From Octopus sinensis (lineage: Eukaryota): a stretch of 64,000 nucleotides of DNA. The notes below the pieces were generated by a model that made no database searches, was not told where the DNA came from, and was given only the letters and a program-made list of their open reading frames with translations. The stretch is taken from contig NC_043006.1 of the NCBI RefSeq assembly GCF_006345805.1, forward strand, positions 98,828,001-98,892,000, in the 5' to 3' direction. This document shows positions 1 through 12,429 of the stretch, piece after piece. Positions within the stretch are counted from its first letter, which is position 1. Every line of letters starts with the position of its first letter. The position numbers were made by a program, and so were the translations under genes.

Positions 1-102
1 TATATATATACATATATATATATACATGTATATATATATACATACATATATATATATATATATATTATATATATACATATATATATATATACATACATAT
101 AT
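1..102. repeat. (TA)n microsatellite with interspersed CA
   Basis: Direct inspection of the dinucleotide run. Confidence 0.95.
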
Positions 103-369
103 TTGGATAAGAATAAGTACTTTTCAGTTTTTCTTATTGATCACAAATGTGTTAACATGTAAACAAATTATCGGAGAAAATTTACTCTGAACGTTGGAGA
201 CATTACTTTATCCGGTCATGGTATAAGATAAATGATATAGATAAAAGAAAAAAAAAACGTCATTTATAGAATTCTGTTTGCTGCATCTTTTTAGTGAAAA
301 TACAGAAGACAAATTTAGTATATAAAACACTTTCTCCACTAACAAAACTACCCCAAGTAATCTAGAGCG

Positions 370-1970
370 GATCAAAATACGGCCCCAGATATGGATGTGC
401 TCCTGTAAGAAAACAGATATGGCGTAACGGAATATGATATTATATTCTTGTGTATGGTACGCATTGATAATAAGTTTTCACCTATGGTAGAACCCAAGAA
501 GGAACTGATACTCGCGCATGATAGTGCAAAATAAGCATTATGTACGTGTATAGTTGACACACAATAAATAGAATTGTTTATGAAGAAAGAAATCCGAAAA
601 TCAAACTCGTATACACTGAGTGAAGAAAAAAGCAATTAAATCGATTTAAAGTCAAAAATATATATACACTGAAATGTCTCACAGTGATGAAATAATAAAG
701 TATCTACAAGAAATACAAGCTGATATCTCAAGCTTGAATTTCTTGTAAATTTATTGTTGCCTTTCGAAACAATCATCAATATCACCGTGTTACATGATAT
801 AAAATAAGAAACGTAAGCACTCTTTCATATCTAATCAGTTAAGTGTGTCAAAATCAATCGAAACATTGGAACTAAAAATGTAAAAGAAATTATTAGAACT
901 GTCTGGACAGCTTATATTGAATCTAAATTGAAATGACAAAACGAACAAAGATTAAACAGAAACTGATACTAAAGACTTGGCATTGAAATCTACAGGGCAA
1001 TATGCTGACATTGTAACTTTGAGACAGATAAGCAATAGAAAGAAATATGCACGTGAACTACTCGGTGGTACCGCCTCTTCAATATCTTGATATGATTTGG
1101 CAGTCGGACAAGTACAGTAATCCGTCGACTATCTCGGGTGTTACATTCCAGAACACTCCGTGATAGGTGAAATTCCGCGAAGTAGAAACATTACTGTAGT
1201 GTAGATTTCTTTTTTATTATTTTTATAATTTGTATATATTTACTTTATTAAAAGTACAAAGCAAGACCACAGAGGAATCGACGTAAGATTAAATAATAAA
1301 CCACGATAGATGAAACGCGATAGCTGAACCATAGGGCGAGGGATTATTGTAGATCTAAATAATCCCGTTCGATGATCTACTGGAACGAAAATCCTAATGC
1401 CATGATACACATATCCCTCGTTACTACAGAAAACATCGCCAGATATGAAGTTAAAATCAAATTGCAAGGGAAGTAGATCTTTAATAAACGGAGTATAGTG
1501 CATGAAACTAAGGTTAGGAAAACAGTAAATGGAAAACTAGGCATGATTAAAAACACATACAAAAAGCCGAAAAGATACCCCAAAAGATAGTCATAGATGA
1601 CATAATAACGATACAAATTAAATCTCCAATACTACCCAACCTACAAGATATACTACGTGTAATCTATAGCAATAAACTAACACAACTGGTAGCAGACAAA
1701 CAATAAGCCGGCGCCTCTAAACAATTTAATATTACGCATATGCAAACGAATCAATGCTTTGTAAGAGTAATGACACCAACGTATAACACACCCAGAGCTC
1801 TTAATCTGCTCGCCCGCCACTGTTATACAAAACTTCAGGCATATACCAGTTTCAGTCAAAGCATTGTTTCGGATTCTCTTTAACGATGTTTGGCAAATCG
1901 TATCTCTATGGTATATCGTCAATTTGATACAATTGTTACTGAACTGTTAATTCTTCATTTTCCTCTGTAA
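370..1970 (+). pseudogene. Unidentified, heavily decayed coding remnant
   Basis: Long protein-like plus-strand frames broken by sparse stops and frameshifts, e.g. VKINRNIGTKNVKEIIRTVWTAYIESKLK, TDTKDLALKSTGQYADIVTLRQISNRKKYARELLGG and IVIDDIITIQIKSPILPNLQDILRVIYSNKL. The four minus-strand ORFs in the track may be antisense shadows of it. Confidence 0.35.
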
Positions 1971-2457
1971 CATATAAACAGGAATGGTTTATTCTTCATT
2001 TTACAACTTTGATTATGATTTGTGAAAAAATTGCACTCACACACATTTTATGCTACTTGTGGGAAAAGCGACCAAGTGCAAGTGCACTGGGAAAGAAATT
2101 AATGTTGTAGAAAGCTCAGTAACTGTCACCAAGCGTGTGGCATAGAACTGGCGAAGGCATTTCAAATAAGGTATCAGGAAGTTCGAAGACAAACCAAGGC
2201 CAGAGAGAAATCCCGTTGTGGAAACTGAGGCCTTGAACAAGACGCAATCAAAAGCGCTCAAACATTGTCAACAGGACATGAGATCATTCGAACGCCACGA
2301 ATGTAGTTCTGCCCTCTGCGCAAAGGTGTCACAGATTGCCTCCTAAAAAACTCTCTACTCTCGACTATAATCCTATATAGCTAAGCTATAGACAAAACTG
2401 TGAGAACAGATTCGGAGGTCTTTTAAGATTCTTAGAGCATTAGGGATGGCAGTATTA

Positions 2458-2662
<205 letters not shown>

Positions 2663-2803
2663 AATGTGACTTCATTGACCGAGGTTACCGTGGTCTTTTC
2701 TGCAGGCTTTTCTTTCCACGGGTAAACCTCACCTGTCCTCCCCTTTACACTTCATATTGACATTTCTGTGATAACGATCCCTATTGATCATTTTTTTTCC
2801 TCT

Positions 2804-2846
<43 letters not shown>

Positions 2847-3030
2847 CCCTTATTTTTGTCCTCTTTCTCTCCTTTTACGATCACTTTTGATCGAACCTCC
2901 CCCTTCCTTTTTTTTTTTTTTTTTTTTTTTTTAATACCTTCAAAAGAAAAGCTCTACCTTGTAATTTGTTCTATCTGTGTGCAGCCCTGTGTGGCTAATA
3001 AAGAAACATATCTATATATATATTAGTATG

Positions 3031-3069
<39 letters not shown>

Positions 3070-3080
3070 TATATAATATA

Positions 3081-4264
3081 TATTATATAGAAGGAGCTTC
3101 TACAGGACTAGAACTGTTTCATTCAAGTGAAATCTTCAGGAAGCTAGTTAACAAGATTGTATTGGCATTTATACATTTAGGCAGGTTTAACGGGGTGTTG
3201 GTGGGGGACTTTTTTGGGGGTAGGCATAGCGCAAAATATCATACTTGGGGGAATGGTCAAGGAGTCAGTGTTAAATTAGATAGAAGAATAAATAAAAAAA
3301 TAAAAAAATAAAAAAATAAAATAAAAAAATAAAAAATAATATAAAAATAAAATAATAAAAAAAACCTATATATAAAAAAAACCTATATATAAAAAAAAGG
3401 GGGAATAGAGTTTTAGGTAAATAAGGAGATTCTCACTTATACCTATGCACACATGTATACATACATACACACACATACAAACATATATACATATACATAC
3501 ACACATACATACACACACATATATATACATATATATACACTTACACATACACATACATATACATATCTACACATACACATATATGTATACATACACACAC
3601 TCACATGCATACACGTATACACACATGTATATATACACACACGACCTCACATACATATACGCACAGAAAAATATATACACATACACACACATACTCACAT
3701 ACACGCATACACACACATATCCACACACACACATGCACACACAGCACACTAGTCCCTATATACACATATATACACATACACACACATATACACACACATA
3801 CATATACATACATGTATATATATACATATGTGTACCTATGCAAACCTACACATACACACATATATATACACATACAAATACAGACCCATTCCCTAATTTT
3901 AATTTTATTATCTTCGTTTATTACTTTTGTTATCTTTGGCCGCTTGGTCACAAACATCTTGGCTATGACAGCCAGTCCATTTATCTGTCTACTGGAAAAC
4001 AAGCACTCATTCACTCACGTACACTCTTTAGCACGTACTCTCACTCATTCGTACACTCATACACATACACGCACGCACGCGTTATATTCATACATACATC
4101 CATCTACATACATTCACGTATATACACATACGTACGCGTACCTACAGATTTATGTCTACACTCTTAGAAGGCTAGTCTATATATATACACCAATAAATAT
4201 AAATACACACACATACATATACACCTACATACAAATACATACATGTATATATATACACACATAC

Positions 4265-4324
<60 letters not shown>

Positions 4325-4795
4325 TCACATATATATATACTCACATATACACACACACACATATACACACACATACGCATACACACACATATACATATAT
4401 ATGTATATATATATATTTTTATATATAGGTTTTTTTTATTATTTTATTTTTTTATATTATTTTTTTATTTTTTTATTTTATTTTTTTATTTTTTTATTTT
4501 TTAATTTTTTTTATTTATTCTTCTATCTAATTTAACACTGACTCCTTGACCACTCCCCCAAGTATGATATTTTGCGCTATGCCTACCCCCCAAAAAGTCC
4601 CCCACCAACACCCCGTTAAACCTGCCTAAATGTATAAATGCCAATACAATTCTTGTTAACTAGCTTCCTGAAGATTTCTCTTGAATGAAACAGTTCTAGT
4701 CCTGTAGAAGCTCCTTCTATATAATAAATTAATTTTACTCTGCTATGTATTGAGTACCTTATTTACTGTGGTTAACCCCGAATCAACCCGGGACC

Positions 4796-4800
<5 letters not shown>
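3081..4800. mobile_element. Foldback element with ~300 bp inverted arms (probable PLE pseudo-LTR derivative) around a low-complexity CA/TA core
   Basis: 3081-~3380 is the reverse complement of ~4425-4726, with about 3 differences outside the A/T tracts. The right arm continues into a segment (4727-4800) nearly identical to 13416-13490. Confidence 0.8.
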
Positions 4801-4837
<37 letters not shown>

Positions 4838-4845
4838 TGATTGAT

Positions 4846-4912
4846 TAATTCTAGTTTCAGCTCATGAGCTGTGGCCATGCTGGAGCACCGCCATTTGGTG
4901 TTGCTACTTGGT
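4846..4912 (-). mobile_element. SINE 3' tail fragment (family B-related)
   Basis: Contains ggccatgctggagcaccgcc, shared with family B tails (e.g. ~6627, ~43655). Confidence 0.6.
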
Positions 4913-5755
4913 TTTACTTCACGAACGCTTTCTAGCAACTGCCATATATATATATGATGTACTGTCCTTAGCATTGTGCCAGGGACTAGTTTCAACTTGA
5001 TTGCCAAAACTTTACAATAAGAATATACGAAGACAATGGAAATGTTTCAGGAATGCAATTTCAGCACATATCGCCATACACCATAAACACCTTATGCAAC
5101 GCTATGTCTCAGAACAATGACAAATGCAAAAGCGTTAGACGAAAAGAAAGAGTAGAGCTAAATATGTACAAGCTATAAAAAGCATTTTTTTCAATGCAAA
5201 ACCAAACACCGCAAGTAATATCACGGAATCGGCGTACCACATCTGTCGATAAAGCTATCGCGTTATCCTCCCCAAAATCAATAGCAGAAACGTATAAAAC
5301 GTATCAGCAGACATAAGAAAAGACAGAAATTTAACTAGAAATTGAAATATAAATAGAAAAACACTGATCTACAAAAATAATACACAAGACACTCTAAGAG
5401 AACAAAAAGAAAAGAATGATCTAATAATCAAGAAACAAGATCAGAGGAAATTAAACACAATTTTAATACATTTGCCTTAGAGAAATTGAAGATAACACAT
5501 CGATGCAATGTTAAACGGTAAAATGTGCAACACAAAAAGAATATATAGTGCTCAAATTGTAGTATGTAAGAGCGCATTACGAATAATTATATAGCAAATA
5601 ATTGAAAGAGATACAACGGCCTTAAGCCAAAATAATGCATTCCACAGCGTGTGGAGTAAACAGTAAACAGACGGTGAGTTATAAGAGGAGATCGGTGTAA
5701 GAAATGTATTCTCTAATAAATTGTGCGAGAAAAGTTATAGCTAAAATATACCATT

Positions 5756-5912
5756 AGGCGCAAGCGTGGCTCTGTCGTAAGAAGCTTGCTTCCCAACAAC
5801 ATGGTTCCGGGTTCAGTTCCACTGCGTAGCACCTTGGCCGAAGCCGTGTGAGTGGATTTGATACACGGAAACTGAAAAGAAGCCCGTCGTATATATACTT
5901 GTATATTTATAT

Positions 5913-5961
<49 letters not shown>

Positions 5962-6135
5962 TGTGTTTGTCACCCCACCATCGCTTGACAACTGATCTTG
6001 GGGTGTTTACGTCCCGTAACTTAATAGTTCGGCAAAACAGACCGATAGAATAAGTGCTAGGCTTACAGAGATTAAGACGGTGCTCCAGCAAGTCAGCAAT
6101 CAAATATCTGAAACTAAGAAAAGAATTAAAGAGTA
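5756..6135 (+). mobile_element. tRNA-derived SINE family B (CORE-like domain, internal microsatellite), internally deleted
   Basis: Head with A-box-like tggctctgtcgt and B-box-like ggttcagttcc, then gcaccttgg, an internal (TA)(TG)n tract and the conserved 3' half; homologous to 6579-6997 and 52448-52905. Confidence 0.85.
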
Positions 6136-6227
6136 AGAATATAATTATATATGACCTTATAAAGGGATTCAAATTGTCAGTGCCTAAGAAAATTTGCAGA
6201 TCTTTTAACTTTTAAGACGAATGTTAA

Positions 6228-6269
<42 letters not shown>

Positions 6270-6578
6270 GTAAAAAAATATAACACTGAAGCAAAGTAAC
6301 ACCAAATATATAGTGCGTGTGTTTTTATTGGCTAAACTGGCAAAATGACCAGTCATAAATACAACATATCTTATGTATTCTATAGAAAAAAGAACTACGA
6401 TCTTTTACAGCAAAAAATCAGATGTGGCATAAAAGTAATCACCAATGATTTGTAAGATTCATGCAAAGAAATGCGTTCTACAATCTAAACATCCCTATTG
6501 CAGCACGAATACTACTAGGAGGATACTCATATTTGTTCTTCTTCCACCTGGTCCTTGTTTCCTTGAAACCAGCAGGAT

Positions 6579-6997
6579 ATTACTCTTTACTCTTTTACTC
6601 TTACTTGTTTCAGTCATTTGACTGCGGCCATGCTGGAGCACCGCCTTTAGTCGAGCAAATCGACCCCGGGACTTATTCTTTGTAAGCCCAGTACTTATTC
6701 TATCGGTCCCTTTTGCCGAACCGCTAAGTGACGGGGACGTAAACACACCAGCATCGGTTGTCAAGCAATGCTAGGGGGACAAACACAGATACACAAACAT
6801 ATACACACACATATACATATATATACATATATATGACAGGCTTCTTTCAGTTTCCGTCTACCAAATCCACTCACAAGACATTGGTCGGCCCGGGGCTATA
6901 GCAGAAGACACTTGACCAAAATGCCACGCAGTGGGACTGAACTCGGAACCATGTGGTTGTTTAGGAAGCTACTTACCACACAGCCACTCCTGCGCCT
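6579..6997 (-). mobile_element. tRNA-derived SINE family B, full length
   Basis: Reverse complement begins aggcgcaggagtggctgtgtggtaag and has a B-box-like ggttccgagttcagtccc, an internal microsatellite and an (agagtaa)n tail. Confidence 0.9.
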
Positions 6998-7359
6998 ATT
7001 GTATATAAATATGTAACCAAAACGTAGTGGCTGGAGATAGCCACTAGCTTTATGCGGATGACACCAAGATACACTTTAACGTGCCTCTGTATGATTGGAA
7101 ACACGGTCCAAATTTCGAAACTGCAAAGATATAACGTCACTAGAGAAATACAGCAAAATAGATAAATAGATAGAGGGCGATACCGGTCCCTGGTCACTGC
7201 GCTAAGTTAAAAATCACACTGAAGTACAGATCGACTGGTGAGGTCAATGTATGTATGTATGCACGTGTGTAAGTATGTATATGTATGTATGTATGTATGT
7301 ATGTATATTTATATATATATATATATATATGTATACACACATATACATACATATATGTA

Positions 7360-7393
<34 letters not shown>

Positions 7394-7553
7394 CGCATGT
7401 ATATGTATAATCGGTCTCGTGCTGAGACACGATGAATAAGTGAGTATACACTAGAAGTGAAATTAGCATTCTGCAGGGCGTATATGTGAATCCGTAAAAC
7501 TGTTTCCTAAATCTCAAATACTCCATAAACCATATCTATCTGTAACTGGAAAA

Positions 7554-7554
<1 letters not shown>

Positions 7555-7584
<30 letters not shown>

Positions 7585-7620
7585 TAGTAGTAGTAGTAGT
7601 AGTAGTTAGTAGTAGTAAGT
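7555..7620. repeat. (AGT)n microsatellite
   Basis: Direct inspection. Confidence 0.95.
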
Positions 7621-8482
7621 AATGCCTGCAGTAATAGTGTTCGCGATATTGCAAAATGATAAGTTTATCCGTCGTCTTTAATAGAGCTTAAATAAGGTGT
7701 TGTAATATGGCACGGGGAATAGTATTTCGGTGGCTCTTTTCGCTTTGTTGATGTATTGAAAACTTGTAAAATTCTCTTATACATACATTGAAATGCCTGA
7801 ACTATTGTATATATTGAAATTCAAAGCATGCGAAATGTTCCGACATTTGATACGAGCTAAACGATGAAAAGAGGAAAGTGCGATCTCTTTCAAAGTGCTG
7901 TCTTATCTTAATGTATCAATTCTATGTCTTCTTCAACATCAATCAATCTTTCAATTAGATATTTTCAAAATTGATGCGCATAGCTAAATGTTCGTTCACA
8001 TTTTAGAATTTAAAATTTCCTCTGATGGCTTAACGACTTTCCGCCGATACTAAATGCCTATAAAGGATGTCTATTCATCGCTAATCTTTTAGTGTGTGCG
8101 TGTATGTATGTCTCCATATATTCATATGTATATTCATTTATGTCTTATATATTTATATGTATATTCATTTATGCACATATAATGTGTTTGTGATCTTCAA
8201 GTGCTCATTTATTGTCTTTCCAATTAGGTATTATACTCATTTAAAGTCGATGATATAATACGAATTTACGTAGGCCACGATTGAAAAGCTAGGATAAAAG
8301 AGATTGACACACATTTGAATGTAGATCCATCCAAAGAGAAGCACACATAAATACATTATCTATTACTAACAAATAGCTGCATAATTACGTGATAATTAAT
8401 GAACACATTAATGCTTTCCTTTAGCCAATCAATATGGAAGGCATTGTGTGAATATTTAATAAAACTCTTAATTTATTTTTAA

Positions 8483-8869
8483 ACTAGCAGTATCGCCCGG
8501 CGTTGCTCAGGTTTGTAAGGGAAATAACTATAAAGCATTTTTAGAGAGTTATAGCCAAAAAATAGCAAAAAATGGGAAAAAATGATGGTAAATTTTTTTT
8601 TGAGAGTTAAAAAAGGATGGAGTTGCGTCCACTAGACAGTTTGTGGTTCGTGTTTCTGATTCTCGACCCCGTGTCGAATTTATCGATTTTTTTCAGAACT
8701 GGGGAAACTTTTCAAAATTTTGGCTGCGTTAGTTTTGAATTATGACATTGGGCTATGTGTGTGTCAAGTTTCATCAGAATCGGTTGAATGCCGTGGTCGG
8801 GGTGAGGGTACAAGCAAACAGACACACAGAAACACGCACAGACAAACTGCCGTTTATATATAGAGAGAT
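8483..8869 (+). mobile_element. Non-autonomous Helentron/Helitron-associated (HINE/Lep1-like) element
   Basis: Starts actagcagtatcgcccggcgttgctc, as does 62330. Has a 3' caagtttcatcagaatcggtt motif, a (CAGA)-like microsatellite and a tttatatatagagagat end. Confidence 0.7.
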
Positions 8870-9225
8870 AACTATTTTTTTCAAAACTATATTACTAAAA
8901 ACTGGTCTAACTCACAGTTAGACAGGAAATCCTTATTACGAGATCTATTTTAGTATATATAACATGCATATATATTTTCTAATAATATCTAGAATGTTGC
9001 GTACAATACTGCGTTCGGTACGGCCACTTTGTTTCGGCTTTCAAATCCATCTAATCTAAATTTTTACTATAAAGCGTCTGGTTCGACGAAATGCATAGTA
9101 ACCAAGCAATAGGTCAATAGTTTTGATTATATCTCTTACAAAGTTTTGTGGTCTCAATGCGGTACCAGATACTATTCTCCTAACTTTCTACTGAAGTCTT
9201 CTTTACTGTCTTTATTACTTCTTGA

Positions 9226-9612
9226 GGAGGCGCAATGGCCCGGTGGTTAGGGCAGTGGACTCGCGGTCATAGGATCGCGGTTTCGATTCCCAGACCGGGC
9301 GTTGTGAGTGTTTATTGAGCGAAAACACCTAAATCTCCACGAGGCTCCGGCAGGGATGGTGGTGATCCCTGCTGTACTATTTCACCACAACTTTCTCTCA
9401 CTCTTACTTCCTGTTTCTGTTGTACCTGTATTTCAAAGGGCCGTCCTTGTCACTCTCTGTGTCACGCTGAATATCCCCGAGAACTACGTTAAGGGTACAA
9501 GTGTCTGTGGAGTGCTCAGCCACTTACACGTTAATTTCACGAGCAGGCTGTTCCGTTGATTCAGATCAACCGGAACCCTCACCGTCGTAACCGACGGAGT
9601 GCTTCCATTCCC
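9226..9612 (+). mobile_element. tRNA-derived SINE family A, full length, tail type 1
   Basis: Head ggcgcaatggcccggtggttagggc (A box) and ggtttcgattcc (B box); colinear with 53562-53948. Confidence 0.9.
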
Positions 9613-10859
9613 ATTACGTCTTACAAATCCATTTTAATAATTTTATAACTCACAATCCAATTTATAGAGCGCTTCCCTTAAAAGTATAGATTTAATCTTA
9701 GTAACCGAAATCCTCTATATTCCTTCAGAAAGATATAAATGAAAGATAGAACTTTGCTGAACATCATATATGCAACGTTACGTTGTTAGTTCGTTGTGTA
9801 TTTACATCAAAGAAATGCCCCCAAACACATTTCTCTATTTCCAAGTTTTCTTGCGTTTATATGAAAGGCTTATAGACAGCTTTGTGAAACTGTTAATTTT
9901 TCATCAGTTAATAGCTTCCTTCCGATGTGTAGTTGAAATATGATAAGAGTTCGTTAGATATTGTCCTTCATTCGCTCTTGAAATAACTAAGTGGAATTGT
10001 ATAGGAATATCCATTTCCTTCCCGTTTCCTTCCTTCTAATCCACATATGTCTATTATTTGTAAAGGTATATCTTCTTCTTCCCTTTAATTTAAAGGGGAA
10101 TTTCGAAATTGACTCCGAAGATCTTACTACATGAGTGATGATTTACGCATTTATAATAGACAGCAATGCCATGGCTATAAATACAGTATATCTAAGATGT
10201 CTTTCTTTTCGTTGTTTTGAGAGAAATGTTATTTCCTAACTTAAAACTTTTATCTGCTTCCACTGAAAGAGTTCCAGCAGTTGTTTCACTATAAAATTGT
10301 ACGGACCGTCTTCCGAATTGCAGCAATAGACTGTTAGGGTTATTTTACATTATGAGTTCAAAATCACGATTCGACCTTCCTGTTTTTCATTATAGATTCG
10401 ATAATGTATTGCACACCTACCCGATTAAAAGTGTGGTGCAGGTATGATTGTGTATTAATAAATTCATGCAACAAAATTATTGCTTTGGATTCAATTCCAT
10501 ATTATAAAAATAATTGACAAGTGTTTTTTTTTCTATATTCTTGAGACATCCACCGGCAGAAAGAAACATTTCAATTATTTCGATAAGGTTATTCATTTTC
10601 TAAGGTATAATCTGACAGCCGCTGTTGTATCACCATATCGCTCAGATGTACTTTTAAAGGATAACACACTTTTTCAAGCATTACGGCCACATATTCTGTA
10701 TAAGTAAAATATTAAATACTAAATATCAACAATTCCCGGAGTCACTGAAAAGGATACATGACGCGCATTCTATTTCTGGATTGGCAATGAAACAATAATT
10801 TATGTAAAATAGTTGATAGTTGATTAAAACGTGCAGCAGCACCATCCTCACAGGCGCCC

Positions 10860-11310
10860 TTCATCATTCCTATCATATCACTGACTCGTTTATCTAACAA
10901 CGTCATTTACTGCATCTCTTGGTCTTTCTGCCCTTTATTGTGCATCGATCAAATGGGACGCCGGCTGACCGGCTCGCGGAACACCTCCGAGATACTAGAC
11001 TCCACATTGACACCCCAGTCTCGTACCATTTCCGCTCTACCGGTCATTCATTACAACACCTGTCTGTGTTCGGATTGTCTTTGCACTATGAACAAGTATT
11101 AATCTGCTCTCTTCGCTCCTTTGCATCACATGGGCTCAACTCCCTTTCCCTCTTCTTCTGACTCCCCTTCTCTCCTCTCTTAACCTGGCACGTACTTCAC
11201 ATATCTCTTCAATGATACTCACTCCATCCATACCCCACCCCAAACATCCCATTCCCACATACTCCAAACTACAACTACTCATCCACCCCCGCATCCCGAC
11301 CCACACATCT
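10860..11310 (+). mobile_element. Penelope-like element 3' fragment (GIY-YIG endonuclease remnant)
   Basis: NNVIYCISWSFCPLLCIDQMGRR and DRLAEHLRDTRLHIDTPVSYHFRSTGHSLQHLSVFGL match the PLE GIY-YIG pattern (VIYxIxC..YIGQTxR..R..EH); frameshifted. Confidence 0.75.
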
Positions 11311-11339
11311 AATTATATATATATATATATATAATATGA

Positions 11340-11700
11340 ATTAGAGATAAAACCACTATTATGCAACATAAGCAATGATAGACATAAACCAATACATAAG
11401 TAACAAATATATATATATATAATTAAGCTTTTTTCTTTTTTTTAATATATAACTTATAACTAGATTCAAAAAGTATAAAATGAATGATAAATATATAATA
11501 AATAAGTCAAAATACTACGTACGTTTCGTGGCTACAATTAAGTTCGAATTACAATTGAGTTTAAATTCAATTGAAATAAATTCGAATTAATATTATAGTC
11601 AATCTTCAGGTTAATGATAATAGTTAAATAAATAAGCAAATAGAGTTAAACAATATTAATTTGATAAATAAATAAAATTAATTTTTTTTTTATAGAAAAA
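11340..11700 (-). mobile_element. PLE pseudo-LTR fragment with hammerhead-like motif
   Basis: Minus strand 11614-11512 reads CUGAAGA, a long helix II, then GAAACGUACGUA. The end motif attagagataaaaccacta is shared with ~18750. Confidence 0.55.
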
Positions 11701-12429
11701 TCTCGATATATATATATTATATAATTATATGATCGACCGCCACGCATCCATTTCCACGTGTTTTATCTTAATAATTCTGATATGCACTCTATAACTATCT
11801 CTATTCTCCCTCTCTTATTCTTCTTTCTCTTTTTCTCTTCCACCCGTTCTCCAATCCTTCTCCTTCCCCTTCACCGTACTCTTTCTCTCCCTCACACTCT
11901 CACTCTTCTTACTTGACTCTCTCGTTTCTCACATTTGACCAGCGGCTATCTTTCTTTCCCTTGCTTACAAGAGGCAAGATACACTTTTGCCTCTCTCGTG
12001 TCAAAGCTCGTTTCTCCAGCGTTCACCTCATTATGGCTTCACAGCCTTTACTGTTTGTTTTTACTGTCTTTTTATTACTGTCCTGTTTTTGCTACCACTT
12101 TAAACCTCAGCAAGTCCCAAATATTATTTAACTTGCATTTCGGGAACGACTGTTTAAACGAAATCGCGTTTTGTCGCAACGTTCGATACGCGGAGTAAAT
12201 AAGCCAGGAGGAAATTTTATGTTGCCTGACTCGTTTCTCTGTCTGTTTGTTTTGCTGTTCGAAAAAAATTCGTTTTCCATGTGTTTATTTTCTTTATGTT
12301 TTCGCTTTTCATTTTGTTCAAATTTTTTTACGTCCTGTACCCATATATGCATGTATATATACATATATATGTAGGTATGTACATATAACATGTATGTATG
12401 CATACATGCATATATATATATATGCATGC

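Noticed and set aside
870-1440. Several in-frame TGA codons suggesting genetic code 4 (TGA=Trp; mollicute or mitochondrial origin)
   Set aside because: TAA and TAG also interrupt the same frames; ordinary decay explains the pattern.
2040-2290. Cys-rich stretch (TCGKSDQVQVHW...CCRKLSNCHQAC) resembling a gag zinc knuckle
   Set aside because: CCHC spacing is not met and no supporting gag or pol sequence is adjacent.
3445-4504. 240 aa and 299 aa ORFs rich in HT/YI repeats
   Set aside because: Translations of CA/TA microsatellite sequence; these frames simply lack stops. The same applies to most [12 protein letters not shown] ORFs in the track.
4655-4700. CUGAAGA...GAAAC motif (also CUGAUGA at 13355) as an active hammerhead
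   Set aside because: I cannot form a convincing helix I next to a cleavage triplet and helix III is not palindromic; kept only as core-like.
9226-9300. tRNA-like sequence with A and B boxes
   Set aside because: It is the head of a multi-copy SINE with body, tail and TSDs; no complete cloverleaf or acceptor stem, so not called a tRNA gene.
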